The notes beneath the pieces are model-generated. The model was not told the DNA's origin. It did not search any database and saw nothing but the letters and a program-made list of their open reading frames with translations. DNA of 64,000 bases. It comes from an uncultured Bacilli bacterium (GTDB taxonomy: Bacteria; Bacillota_I; Bacilli_A; RF39; UBA660). Where the stretch lies: assembly GCA_934096105.1 (NCBI GenBank), contig CAKOLH010000005.1, positions 1,094 through 65,093 of the forward strand, given 5' to 3'. Both the position numbers and the translations under genes were made by a program. Every line of letters starts with the position of its first letter. Within the stretch, counting starts at the first letter, position 1. Below, one piece after another: positions 38,144 through 48,230 of the stretch.

Positions 38144-39612
38144 TGGAAAGACAATTTAGTGAACAAGAACAAGTTAGAAGAGATAAATTAGAAGAAATAA
38201 GAAATTATTGTAATCCGTATCCAGAGAGATATGAAGTTACACACAAAATTAAAGATGCTAGATTATTAGAAGATGGAACTACTGATGTAGCTATTGCAGG
38301 TAGAATTGTATTTATGAGAAAGATGGGAAAATTATCTTTTGTAAGAATTCGTGACATTGAAGGAGACATGCAACTTGAAATTAAAATTGATATGGTTGGT
38401 GAAGATAAATATGCCTTCTTTAAAAAATTAATTGATACTGGTGATTTTATTGGCGCAAAAGGGGAAATATTTACTACGCAAACTGGTGAAAAAACTTTAA
38501 GAGTACATAGTTTTGAATTTTTAGGAAAGGCACTTAGACCGCTTCCTGAAAAATTCCATGGTCTTACTGATATGGAAATGAAATATAGACAAAGATATGT
38601 AGACTTAATTATGAATGAAGAGACTAGAAGGGTTTTTCTTGGTAGAAGTAAATTATATGCTTATATTCATAAGTTTTTAGGAGAAAATGGTTTCTTAGAA
38701 GTAGAAACTCCAATATTACAAAATGCTGTATGTGGTGCTAGTGCAAAGCCATTTTATACTCATCATAATGCTTTAGATATGGATTGTAATCTTAGAATAG
38801 CTCCTGAAACATATTTAAAACAATGTGTTGCAGGTGGATTTAATAGAGTATATGAAGTAGCAAAATGCTTTAGAAATGAAGGTATGGATACAGAACATCT
38901 TCAAGAGTTTACTCAAGTTGAATGGTATGCTTCTTATTGGAACTTTGAAGATAATATTAAGTTCTATCAAAGTTTTATTAGAGGTTTACTTACTGAACTT
39001 ACTGGTAGTACTAAGATTGAATATCAAGATAATATTATTGACTTCGGTGCTGAATGGAAAAGAATTAACTATGTAGAAGAAATGAGAAAAGTATTAGGAT
39101 TTGATTTTCTTGATATTGAAGAACCTTCATTACTTAAAGATAAAGTTGTTGAAGCAGGTTTATTTACTTATGAAGACCTTGATGAAGTAAAATCTCTTAG
39201 TCAAATTATTGATTTTATATACAAGAGAAAAATTAGAACTGATGTTTTAGAACCTACAATTATATATAATTATCCAGCAGTTCTTATACCACTTGCTAGA
39301 AGAAATGATATGGATAAGAGAATTATTGATGTCTTCCAAGTTGTTGCTTGTGGTACTGAACTTTGTAAAGCCTACTCTGAATTAGTTAATCCAATTACCC
39401 AAAGAGAGACTTTTGAAGAACAATTAAAGGCTAAGGCTCAAGGTGATGATGAGACTATGGAATTAGATGAAAGTTTCTTATCTGCAATGGAGCAAGGTAT
39501 GCCTCCGATAAGTGGACTTGGTTTTGGTATAGATAGACTTATGATGATTATATTTAATCAACCTTCAATTAGGGATGTAGTATTGTTTCCTCAAATGAAG
39601 GATAAAAAATAG
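38143..39612 (+). CDS. lysS: Lysine--tRNA ligase, class II
   Basis: An OB-fold N-domain and class II motifs (RQRYVDL, FRNEG, GFGIDRL). Confidence 0.95.
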   Translation: MERQFSEQEQVRRDKLEEIRNYCNPYPERYEVTHKIKDARLLEDGTTDVAIAGRIVFMRKMGKLSFVRIRDIEGDMQLEIKIDMVGEDKYAFFKKLIDTGDFIGAKGEIFTTQTGEKTLRVHSFEFLGKALRPLPEKFHGLTDMEMKYRQRYVDLIMNEETRRVFLGRSKLYAYIHKFLGENGFLEVETPILQNAVCGASAKPFYTHHNALDMDCNLRIAPETYLKQCVAGGFNRVYEVAKCFRNEGMDTEHLQEFTQVEWYASYWNFEDNIKFYQSFIRGLLTELTGSTKIEYQDNIIDFGAEWKRINYVEEMRKVLGFDFLDIEEPSLLKDKVVEAGLFTYEDLDEVKSLSQIIDFIYKRKIRTDVLEPTIIYNYPAVLIPLARRNDMDKRIIDVFQVVACGTELCKAYSELVNPITQRETFEEQLKAKAQGDDETMELDESFLSAMEQGMPPISGLGFGIDRLMMIIFNQPSIRDVVLFPQMKDKK

Positions 39613-39712
39613 ACTTAAAGTATTATAAAATAAGGGAAAAACACTTGAAATTTTCTCTTTTTTATTTACTTTTAGTTCATTTGTGTTATAATTAATGTTA
39701 GAGGAGGTTATT

Positions 39713-41164
39713 ATGAAAAAACATAGTTTATTTAAAGTAATATTGATTGTTTTTGGAGCACTTGTGCTAATTAATGGAGGTCTTGCAATAGCAGGTCAAT
39801 TTGTCGAAAAACTTAATGTATTTAAGATGATTCCAATTGGTGATACTCTAATTAATTTCACTCAGTCATTCTATTACTTCTTTGATACTGCTGTTTATTT
39901 ATTAGTACTTGGTGCTTTTTATGGTGTATTAAAAGAAGTACCTGCTTATAAGAAACTAGTTGATAATATTGCTAGTAAAGTTAAAGCTCATGGTAATTTA
40001 TTTATAATAATTGTTACTATATTATTTGCTGTTTTAACTTCAGTTACTGGTCTTATTGGAGCAATTCTTGTATTTGTACCATTTATTGCTGCAATTATAT
40101 TAGCAATGGGTCATGATAAGTTAGTTGCTATTAGTTCAACAGTTGTTTCAATGTTAGTAGGTTTTATAGGAGGTATCTATATAACATTTAGAGATCCTAA
40201 TGGTTATTATGGGTATAGTGCCACTACTATCGAAGGGTTATCTTCATTAGATTTATATTCTAATATATGGGCTAAATTAGTTCTTCTTGTTCTTGGAGTT
40301 GCTTTACTTATATTCTTCATTTTAAGATATATTAAAAATGTTCAAGATAAGAAAGTTAAATATGAATTAAATGAAAGTAACGAAGTATTAGTTTCTGAAG
40401 TTAAGGGTGACTACAAAAATATTAGAACATGGCCTATAATTGTTGTTCTATCAGTAATACTTGTTGTTCTTATTTTAGGATATTTACCTTGGAATACATT
40501 ATTTGGTATTAAATGCTTTGATAAATTTAATGAATGGTTACTTGGAATAAAGATTGGAGAATTTGAAGTATTCTCTAACGTTATTACTTCTAATGCATAT
40601 TCATTAGGTAATTGGGCTAGTCTTGGTTCATATATGTCTATAATTATCACTTTAATTCTATTTACTTTAATTCTTAAGTTTATTTATAGAGTTAAATTTG
40701 ATGAGGCTATTGACAACTTTATGAATGGCGCTAAAAAGATGGTACCTGCTGTATTCTTAGTTATGCTTGCATCTGCCATATTAGTTTGTGCTTATAACTT
40801 TGGATTTATGTCTAATATTATTAGTTTGATTTCTGATTCTAAACTTGGATTAAACATTTTAACAGGAACTTTAATCAGTGGTTTAGGAACACTACTTCAT
40901 ACTGATTTATATTATACTGTTGCTGGTGTGTATTCTACAATGATAGCTCAAGTAACTGATGAATCATTATATTCTGTATATGCTTTATTATTTCAAAGTG
41001 TTTATGGTATTGTTAGTATTATAGGGCCTACTAGTTTGTTAGTAATATTTGCTCTTAAATATTTTGATGTTCCATATACTACTTGGGTAAAATATATATG
41101 GAGATTTGTATTAATGTTATTGTTACTTGTAATATTAGTATTACTTGTATTATCATTAATATAA
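39713..41164 (+). CDS. Polytopic membrane transporter, YfcC/DcuC-like (assignment tentative)
   Basis: About 11-12 predicted TM helices. General resemblance to the YfcC family. The start was moved to ATG 39713, behind GAGGAGG. Confidence 0.4.
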   Translation: MKKHSLFKVILIVFGALVLINGGLAIAGQFVEKLNVFKMIPIGDTLINFTQSFYYFFDTAVYLLVLGAFYGVLKEVPAYKKLVDNIASKVKAHGNLFIIIVTILFAVLTSVTGLIGAILVFVPFIAAIILAMGHDKLVAISSTVVSMLVGFIGGIYITFRDPNGYYGYSATTIEGLSSLDLYSNIWAKLVLLVLGVALLIFFILRYIKNVQDKKVKYELNESNEVLVSEVKGDYKNIRTWPIIVVLSVILVVLILGYLPWNTLFGIKCFDKFNEWLLGIKIGEFEVFSNVITSNAYSLGNWASLGSYMSIIITLILFTLILKFIYRVKFDEAIDNFMNGAKKMVPAVFLVMLASAILVCAYNFGFMSNIISLISDSKLGLNILTGTLISGLGTLLHTDLYYTVAGVYSTMIAQVTDESLYSVYALLFQSVYGIVSIIGPTSLLVIFALKYFDVPYTTWVKYIWRFVLMLLLLVILVLLVLSLI

Positions 41165-41178
41165 ATATTTATAATAAC

Positions 41179-41210
41179 AAAAACATCTAAATTATTTTAG
41201 GTGTTTTTTT
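41179..41210 (+). terminator. Rho-independent terminator
   Basis: Stem aaaaacatctaaa/tttaggtgttttt followed by a T-run. Confidence 0.8.
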
Positions 41211-41220
41211 ATATATTTCT

Positions 41221-41335
41221 GGCTTATATATGATAGGTATGGCTGATACACTATTTTTAGATTATAAGCTAAAAATAGCACTGAAAGACTTATGAAATAA
41301 GGCTTAAAGTGAACATAAAGAATAAATAAAAAAAG
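41221..41335 (+). repeat. Twin-hairpin intergenic repeat, copy E (subtype I)
   Basis: 5' box ggcttatatatgataggtatggctgataca. Hairpin 1 at 41251-41278 (ctatttttag-attataag-ctaaaaatag). Hairpin 2 at 41279-41311 (cactgaaag...cttaaagtg, imperfect). Tail aacataaag. Confidence 0.8.
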
Positions 41336-41411
41336 TCTATTTTTCTTGATTAAAATTTAGAAAATTATATCATTATATTCATAGAATATGTTAGAGAGGA
41401 GAAATAATAAT

Positions 41412-43718
41412 ATGATTGGAAATTTTAATGAAGAAGCACAAACAGTACTAATGAATGCAAAAAAAGAGATGTTAGATTTAGGACATCCATATATAGGAAC
41501 AGAACATTTACTTCTTTCTATTTTGAATACGGATAGTAATATTACTGAAAGATTGAATAATTATGGTCTTTATTATGATAATTTTAAAGAAGAACTATCT
41601 AAAGTGGTAGGTACTAGTAAAAAGAAAAGTGAATATTTTTTATATACACCATTACTTAGAAAAGTAATTGAATCCGCTATTATGGATAGTAAAGATAATA
41701 ATGATGGCGAAGTAACTTTAGAACACTTATTTTTTTCAATGTTAGAAGAGGGTGAAGGTATTGCTATTAGAATACTAATTGGAATGGATATTGATATAGA
41801 ATCTATGTATGATGATTTTTCTACTAGTCTTATAAAGAAAAGTAAAAAGAATAAGAAGAAAAAGCTGCTTATAGATGATTTAGGAATTGATCTTACCAAT
41901 GAGGCTAAGAATGGTAAGTTAGACCCAGTTATTGGAAGAGAAAAAGAAGTTAGAAGAGTAATGGAAATACTTTGTAGAAGAACTAAAAACAACCCTATTT
42001 TAATTGGTGAGGCTGGTGTAGGTAAGACTGCTATTGTGGAAGAACTATCTAGATTAATTGCTAATGAAGATGTTCCATCTGGATTAATAGGTAAGAGAAT
42101 TATTTCTTTAGATATGGCTACGATGGTTGCTGGTACTAAGTATCGTGGTGAATTTGAAGAAAGAATGAAAAAAGTACTTAAAGAAATTGAAGATAATACA
42201 GAAATTATTTTATTTATAGATGAAATTCATACTTTGGTTGGTGCAGGTGGCGCTGAAGGAGCAATAGATGCTTCAAATATATTAAAGCCTTCTTTAGCTA
42301 GAGGTAAAATTAGATGTATAGGAGCTACTACTACTGAGGAATATAAGAAATTTATTGAAAAAGATTCTGCTTTGGAAAGAAGATTTCAGAAGGTATTTGT
42401 TGAAGAATCTAGTATTGCTGAAACTAAAAATATTTTATTTAATATAAGGAATATATATGAAAAATATCATAATGTCGTTATTAGCGATGATATACTTAAT
42501 AGTTTAGTTGATATTTCAGAAAAATATATATTTGATAGAAATAGACCTGATAAAGAAATAGATGTTTTAGATGAGGTTTGTGCTAGAGTTAGTATGGAAG
42601 AAACTGGCAGTGATAGATTAAAAAATATTAAGAAGGAAATTAATAGACTAGGTAAAGAAAAGAATAGTTTTATTATTGATAATGATATTGATAAGGCTTT
42701 TGATATTAGAAAAAAAGAGGCTAAGTTAATGTCAGAACTTAATGAGTTAGAATTATCTTGTAGTGTTAAAAAAAATGAGGTTACTACATTTGATATTGCT
42801 TCGGTTATTAGTAATAGAGTAAAAATACCTACTGAAGATATACTTAGTAATAATATAGATAGCATTTATGAAATGGAAAGAAAATTAAAGAGTATTATTA
42901 TTGGTCATGATAATGTCATTGATAATCTTATGAATATTACTAAAAGAATTAAATATGGTGACAATAGATGTTATTCTATGCTATTTGTTGGTCCATCTGG
43001 AGTAGGAAAAACACTTTTAGCCAAAGAGTATGCTAAACTTCTAGTAGGAGAGAATAATCTAATTAGACTTGATATGAGTGAATATAGTGATAGTACATCG
43101 GTTAATAAAATACTTGGTTCTTCTCCTGGATATATTGGATATGATGATAATAAAAATGTTTTGGAAGAAATTAGAAATAAACCTAATTCAGTATTATTAC
43201 TTGATGAAATAGATAAGGCACATCCTTCGGTTATTAATTTATTTTATCAGATATTAGAAGAGGGAAAAATAAAAAATTCTAAAGGTGTTACTATTAGATT
43301 TAATAATATGGTTATTATTATGACTTCTAATGTTGGATTTGAAAAAAACAATATTGGCTTCAATAAAAATAATGATAATATTAATGGTTTAAAAAATAGA
43401 TTTTCAACAGCCTTTATTAATAGAATTGATGGTATTATGACTTTTGATAGACTAAGTGAAAATGATATAAGAAAGATTGTTACTAATAAGCTCGAAGTAA
43501 TTAATAAAAAACATTCTGATATTAATATTACTTATGCTGATGAAGTTATTGATAAAATTATTAAAGAAAGTGATTTTTATGAGTTTGGGGCAAGGCGTCT
43601 TGATAAAATTATTTCTAGAGGGATAGAAAATGTTATATTGGAAGCTATTATTAATAATTTTAAGGATGTTTATATTGATAAGTTGAATGATTATGAAAAA
43701 AATATCACTAAAGCCTAG
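41412..43718 (+). CDS. clpC: ATP-dependent Clp protease ATP-binding subunit ClpC-like (class I AAA+, two NBDs)
   Basis: Clp_N repeats (GHPYIGTEHLLLS), NBD1 GEAGVGKTAIVE, NBD2 GPSGVGKTLLA and LLLDEIDKAH. No ctsR/mcsAB upstream. The start was moved to ATG 41412. Confidence 0.85.
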   Translation: MIGNFNEEAQTVLMNAKKEMLDLGHPYIGTEHLLLSILNTDSNITERLNNYGLYYDNFKEELSKVVGTSKKKSEYFLYTPLLRKVIESAIMDSKDNNDGEVTLEHLFFSMLEEGEGIAIRILIGMDIDIESMYDDFSTSLIKKSKKNKKKKLLIDDLGIDLTNEAKNGKLDPVIGREKEVRRVMEILCRRTKNNPILIGEAGVGKTAIVEELSRLIANEDVPSGLIGKRIISLDMATMVAGTKYRGEFEERMKKVLKEIEDNTEIILFIDEIHTLVGAGGAEGAIDASNILKPSLARGKIRCIGATTTEEYKKFIEKDSALERRFQKVFVEESSIAETKNILFNIRNIYEKYHNVVISDDILNSLVDISEKYIFDRNRPDKEIDVLDEVCARVSMEETGSDRLKNIKKEINRLGKEKNSFIIDNDIDKAFDIRKKEAKLMSELNELELSCSVKKNEVTTFDIASVISNRVKIPTEDILSNNIDSIYEMERKLKSIIIGHDNVIDNLMNITKRIKYGDNRCYSMLFVGPSGVGKTLLAKEYAKLLVGENNLIRLDMSEYSDSTSVNKILGSSPGYIGYDDNKNVLEEIRNKPNSVLLLDEIDKAHPSVINLFYQILEEGKIKNSKGVTIRFNNMVIIMTSNVGFEKNNIGFNKNNDNINGLKNRFSTAFINRIDGIMTFDRLSENDIRKIVTNKLEVINKKHSDINITYADEVIDKIIKESDFYEFGARRLDKIISRGIENVILEAIINNFKDVYIDKLNDYEKNITKA

Positions 43719-43731
43719 TGATATTTTGTTA

Positions 43732-44760
43732 TTATTTTATTAATCCCCATCCAGTTACTACATATCTTCCGCCTTGCTTTTTGGCTGCTGCTGGGGGATT
43801 ATTATATAATTTGCCATTTATTGATAATGATGATGATTGACCACCATCTAAGTTGGCAGCATTGTATGCACCATATCTAGTTAGAATGTCTACCATATCT
43901 TGAAGACTGGCACCATTGATGTAATTTTCTCCGTCTACTACTAGAAACAAAATTATACCTGATTTTGTTTGTCCTATAGCTACTCTTGGAGCATAACCCC
44001 ATGGATCTCCAACTATTTCAAGTGGTTTTCCATTAACTATCAAGAATGGTCCAAATACCATAGCATCATTTATATTTTCTTTTAATGCTTCATTAGCAGT
44101 AGCGTTGGTCATTAGTTTTAATTTTCCATCCTTGGTAAGTCCTATTATGTTGTCTCTAGCGGTATCAGCGGTGTCTGCTCCCCAAGTTATTTCTCCATCT
44201 TGAATAACCACTCCAATTGGTATATCCGAACCATATCCAGAGTCTTGGAAGCCTCCACCATTAATACATACTGAGCCACCATATCTTTCGCACATGGTGA
44301 TTATTCTTTCTCCTTTACCACCGACATTAAATTCTTTTGTGGAAATTAATCTTACTTTTTTTGGCTTGTAGATGGCTACTAAATATCCATTAGAGTTTCC
44401 TACTTTTAAATCAATTACTTTGTAGTCATCATCAGGATTTTCTCTTGTATATAATTCTTCTTCATACTTATCTTTATATTTTGATTTTTCTTTTGTATCT
44501 ATTACTATTGCATCTGTGTTGGCATCCTCTTCAAAAGATACAAAGTAATTACTAGCCATTATTTTATCTATTGTTTTTTGATTATAGAAGATATTAGCAA
44601 AATATTGATGATGCATAGTTTTCATCGCAGTATTTACATACATATTTCTTACTTTATCCCAAGGACCATACATCATAAAGAAACACCAGACTGCAATTAA
44701 ATCTAAAATTATAAATAGAATGGTTGTTTTATATATCTTTACTTTCTTTCTTTCTCTCAT
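43732..44760 (-). CDS. Phosphodiester glycosidase family protein (DUF2233/NAGPA-like), membrane-anchored
   Basis: N-terminal TM segment. INGGGFQD and ANLDGGQSS motifs are typical of the family. Its ATG overlaps the upstream stop (TAATG). Confidence 0.65.
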   Translation of the reverse strand: MRERKKVKIYKTTILFIILDLIAVWCFFMMYGPWDKVRNMYVNTAMKTMHHQYFANIFYNQKTIDKIMASNYFVSFEEDANTDAIVIDTKEKSKYKDKYEEELYTRENPDDDYKVIDLKVGNSNGYLVAIYKPKKVRLISTKEFNVGGKGERIITMCERYGGSVCINGGGFQDSGYGSDIPIGVVIQDGEITWGADTADTARDNIIGLTKDGKLKLMTNATANEALKENINDAMVFGPFLIVNGKPLEIVGDPWGYAPRVAIGQTKSGIILFLVVDGENYINGASLQDMVDILTRYGAYNAANLDGGQSSSLSINGKLYNNPPAAAKKQGGRYVVTGWGLIK

Positions 44761-46094
44761 TATTCTACCTCCAAAGGACTATCTATAGTTCCTGTACCTT
44801 TGGTAAGTTTATCTTTATCTATAGATATTACTGGTACTATTTTTAAACTTGTTGAAGATGATTTTGTATATAGTTTAAAATCATTTTGGAATACATACAT
44901 ATTATTACTATTTTTCTCTATTCCAGTAGACATAAAGTAATTTGTTAGTTTATTATTTAAGATTGGGTCTCCTAGTGAAAGTACTGATACTTTAGTATCT
45001 ATTGTCTCTTTAAGTACTTTAGCATAATCAAAGTCTGTAGTATTGCTATATAATCCATTAGCAAACTTTGTCTCTTTAATTAAATCTTTATAGCTTAATT
45101 TATTTAGATATGTATTATTTAAATAGTAAGCTAATGTCTTATTTTTTGTATCATTATATTGATATCCATTAGATGAATAATTGTATTTTTGTTCTTCATT
45201 ATTTACTGTCAAATAATTATTTAATGATAATTTTACTTCTTTATCATTAACTTCATATATTCTCCAGATATCATTACCAAGTTTTACATAACTTCCAAAT
45301 AAACTATTTTCTCCTTCAAATGTGTATGGATTATCTTCTGTACCATCACCACCAGTTGCTTCTATTGTTGCTTTGATTGTTATTACTGGTTTGATTCCTA
45401 TTACATCAGTACCATCACTTTTACCAAGCTTTCCTTCATTATCTATATACCAAGATTTATTTTCTTTGTTATTATTTATTAAATAAAAGTATTCTTCATT
45501 ATTCATAAAACTATCGTTACCACCAGTGTTTACATAATCATTTAGTGATGGTATTGTTATGTAAGTATCCTCGGTTAAATCTTTACATGATATACTTTTA
45601 GTATCCTCAATTATATCTTTGCAAGTTTTAGTAAATGTTAAATACTTGCTCATATTATTTAAATTATTTTCAAGTATACCTGTGTATTCTTCATTATCTT
45701 TCTTATTTAACCATTTACTTATATAGGAAGAATTGTATTCCTTACTTTCTCCTTTAGCAAGTGATGTTATACTGCTATCTGATATCATGGTAATTGTATT
45801 ATCATTATTTATCTTTATTATTCTCCATAATAAATTTGAATATGAAACATAATTATTTATGTTGGTACCACTAAAATAGTATTCACCATTAACCATTTTA
45901 AAGTTTTCATTATCTTTATTATTTTCTTTAATGTTTTTTGCCATAGAATTGGTTTCTTCTACTTTGTTATTTTCTATATATAATTTAATAAATCTTCCTC
46001 CATAAAAAATAACGCATGCTAGTAAGAACATTAGACTTACTAGATTAAATATTTTCTGTACACTTATTTTTCTTTTACTTCTTTCTTTACTCAC
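44760..46094 (-). CDS. Hypothetical membrane-anchored extracellular protein with an internal duplication
   Basis: N-terminal TM segment. Two similar halves (LWRIIKINNDNTITMISD ... TGGDGTEDNPYTFE and IWRIYEVNDKEVKLSLNN ... GTGTIDSPLEVE). GTG start with GAGGGA upstream. Confidence 0.55.
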   Translation of the reverse strand: MSKERSKRKISVQKIFNLVSLMFLLACVIFYGGRFIKLYIENNKVEETNSMAKNIKENNKDNENFKMVNGEYYFSGTNINNYVSYSNLLWRIIKINNDNTITMISDSSITSLAKGESKEYNSSYISKWLNKKDNEEYTGILENNLNNMSKYLTFTKTCKDIIEDTKSISCKDLTEDTYITIPSLNDYVNTGGNDSFMNNEEYFYLINNNKENKSWYIDNEGKLGKSDGTDVIGIKPVITIKATIEATGGDGTEDNPYTFEGENSLFGSYVKLGNDIWRIYEVNDKEVKLSLNNYLTVNNEEQKYNYSSNGYQYNDTKNKTLAYYLNNTYLNKLSYKDLIKETKFANGLYSNTTDFDYAKVLKETIDTKVSVLSLGDPILNNKLTNYFMSTGIEKNSNNMYVFQNDFKLYTKSSSTSLKIVPVISIDKDKLTKGTGTIDSPLEVE

Positions 46095-46291
46095 TTCATC
46101 ATCCCTCTTTTACCATTTAATTATATCAAAACTAATATATTTTTACAATAGTTCATTTATAATATTTTATGTCTTTATGTCAAATGTTAAGTATAGTATT
46201 TTTTTATTTATTATACCTAATAAAATGTTTTGAAATAAAAATAATTTACTTAGTATAAAATAAATGTTATAATGGAACTAGGTGAATTGTA

Positions 46292-46486
46292 ATGAATTAT
46301 AATTTAGGTGATAAAGTTATTATGAAAAAGGTACATCCATGTGGCTCTAGTGAATTTGAAATAATTAGATTAGGTGCAGATATTAAAATAAAATGTACTA
46401 ATTGTAATAGAGTAATAATGCTTCCTAGAGTGGATTTTAATAAAAAAATAAAAAAGGTGGTTGAAAATGAAAAAAAAGAAAGTTAG
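46292..46486 (+). CDS. DUF951-family small protein (YyzM-like)
   Basis: Motifs G....MKK.HPCGS..FEI.R.GADI...C..C are typical of DUF951. The family is commonly linked to ychF. Confidence 0.7.
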   Translation: MNYNLGDKVIMKKVHPCGSSEFEIIRLGADIKIKCTNCNRVIMLPRVDFNKKIKKVVENEKKES

Positions 46487-48002
46487 ACTACATCCGGCTT
46501 TAGTATTTTTAATTCTTACTTTAGCTGTTATGATACTTAGTAGTTTGGGTAGTATATTTAATTTAGAGTCTAGTTATTATGTAGTTAATGAGGTTACTGG
46601 TGATTTAACAACACAAACTGTTAATATTCATAATTTGTTTAATAGAACAGGACTTCAGTATTTGATTAGTAATATGTTAAACAATTTTATTAGTTTTGCT
46701 CCTCTTGGTAATTTAATTATTGGTTTACTTGGAGTTGGTGTAGGATATAAGAGCGGTTTTCTTAACTCAATATTTAAAGTTATTGGTGAGAAGGTACCAA
46801 GAAAAGTACTTACTTTCTTAGTTGTACTTCTTGGAGTTATCTTTTCAATGTTCTATGAAGTTGGATATGTAATATTAATTCCATTAGCGGCAATATTATT
46901 TATGAACTTAGGTAGACATCCATCTGCGGGTATTTGTGCTGCTTTTGCTGGTATTACTTTTGGATATGGTGGTAATGTTATTGTTAATAGATTAGATAGT
47001 ATGTTAACTACTTATTCAAATAAGGCTGCACTTATACTTGATTCATCATATAATGTTAATTTGTATGGTAATATTATTTTCACTATTGTTAGTACAATAC
47101 TTGTAGCTTATGTTGGTATGATAGTTACAGAGAGATTTATTATACCAAAACTTGGTAAGTATTCTTTTGATGAAGAAGAACCATCACAAGTTGGTGAGGT
47201 TTCTAAAAAAGAAAGAAAAGGTATTGCTATATCATTACTTGCTACTTTGATAGTTGGTATTCTTCTTGTATATTGTATTATTAAGGGACTTCCTTTCTCT
47301 GGACTATTCTTAGATCTTAGTCAAAGTAAATATGTTGATATGCTATTTGGTGAAGGCTCTTACTTTTATCAAGGCTCTGTTACTATATTCTCATTCTTAC
47401 TTATATTTAGTTCATTAATATATGGTATGAGAGTTAGAACAATTAATAACAATAGGGATTTAGTAGATGGAATGAGTTACTATTTAAAAGATGTTGCTTC
47501 TTTATTAGTACTTATATTCTTTGCTTCACAGTTTTGTATGATATTTAGAGAAACTAATATAGGTTTATATATTGTAGCATCCTTATCTGAACTACTTAAT
47601 GGTATGCAGTTATCTGGACTTGCTCTTGTAGTCATTACATTCTTAATAGTGGCTTTATCAACATTCTTTGTTCCTATGGCTTCGACTAAATGGGCTATGC
47701 TTTCACCAGTAATTGTTCCAATGTTTATGCAAAGCTCTATGACCCCTGAATTTGCTGAGGTTGTCTTTAGAGCGGGTGATTCTTGTATAAAGGGTATTAC
47801 TCCAGTATTTAGTTACTTTGTTATACTAATTGGTTTCTTACATATTTATGATAAAAGAAAGAATGATGTTATTACTATTACTGATGCTATGTCATTGATG
47901 GTACCTTATACTATTGCTTTTGTAATATTATATTTTGTTATAATGTTAGCCTTCTATATCATGGGAATTCCTATAGGATTTGGTACTGGTGTTATGTTAT
48001 AA
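46467..48002 (+). CDS. AbgT-family transporter (p-aminobenzoyl-glutamate transporter family)
   Basis: N-terminus ..RLHPALVFLILT and a 12+ TM profile typical of AbgT. ATG 46467 sits 6 nt after AAGGTGG. Confidence 0.7.
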   Translation: MKKKKVRLHPALVFLILTLAVMILSSLGSIFNLESSYYVVNEVTGDLTTQTVNIHNLFNRTGLQYLISNMLNNFISFAPLGNLIIGLLGVGVGYKSGFLNSIFKVIGEKVPRKVLTFLVVLLGVIFSMFYEVGYVILIPLAAILFMNLGRHPSAGICAAFAGITFGYGGNVIVNRLDSMLTTYSNKAALILDSSYNVNLYGNIIFTIVSTILVAYVGMIVTERFIIPKLGKYSFDEEEPSQVGEVSKKERKGIAISLLATLIVGILLVYCIIKGLPFSGLFLDLSQSKYVDMLFGEGSYFYQGSVTIFSFLLIFSSLIYGMRVRTINNNRDLVDGMSYYLKDVASLLVLIFFASQFCMIFRETNIGLYIVASLSELLNGMQLSGLALVVITFLIVALSTFFVPMASTKWAMLSPVIVPMFMQSSMTPEFAEVVFRAGDSCIKGITPVFSYFVILIGFLHIYDKRKNDVITITDAMSLMVPYTIAFVILYFVIMLAFYIMGIPIGFGTGVML

Positions 48003-48049
48003 ATAAAAAGTTGTACTTCGGTATAGCTTTTTTTAAATCTTATGATCTT

Positions 48050-48150
48050 GCTTATATATAATAGATATGGCTGATATATTTATTTGAGACAATACTTTGG
48101 CTCAAATAAACACTTTAAGACCTAGGCTTAAAGTGAAACAAATAAAAAAT
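48050..48150 (+). repeat. Twin-hairpin intergenic repeat, copy F (subtype I)
   Basis: 5' box gcttatatataatagatatggctgatatat. Hairpin 1 at 48079-48110 (tttatttgag/ctcaaataaa). Hairpin 2 at 48111-48135 (cactttaag-acctagg-cttaaagtg). Confidence 0.8.
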
Positions 48151-48230
48151 ATTTATAATTACTTATATAAAAATGTTTATTTTATAGTTAATTTTTGTTA
48201 TAATATTTAGGTAAGAAAGAAGTGATATAA

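Noticed and set aside
41320-41411. A CtsR operator (tandem GGTCAAA heptads) was expected upstream of clpC.
   Set aside because: There is no GGTCAAA-like repeat in the region, and no ctsR/mcsA/mcsB genes are present upstream.
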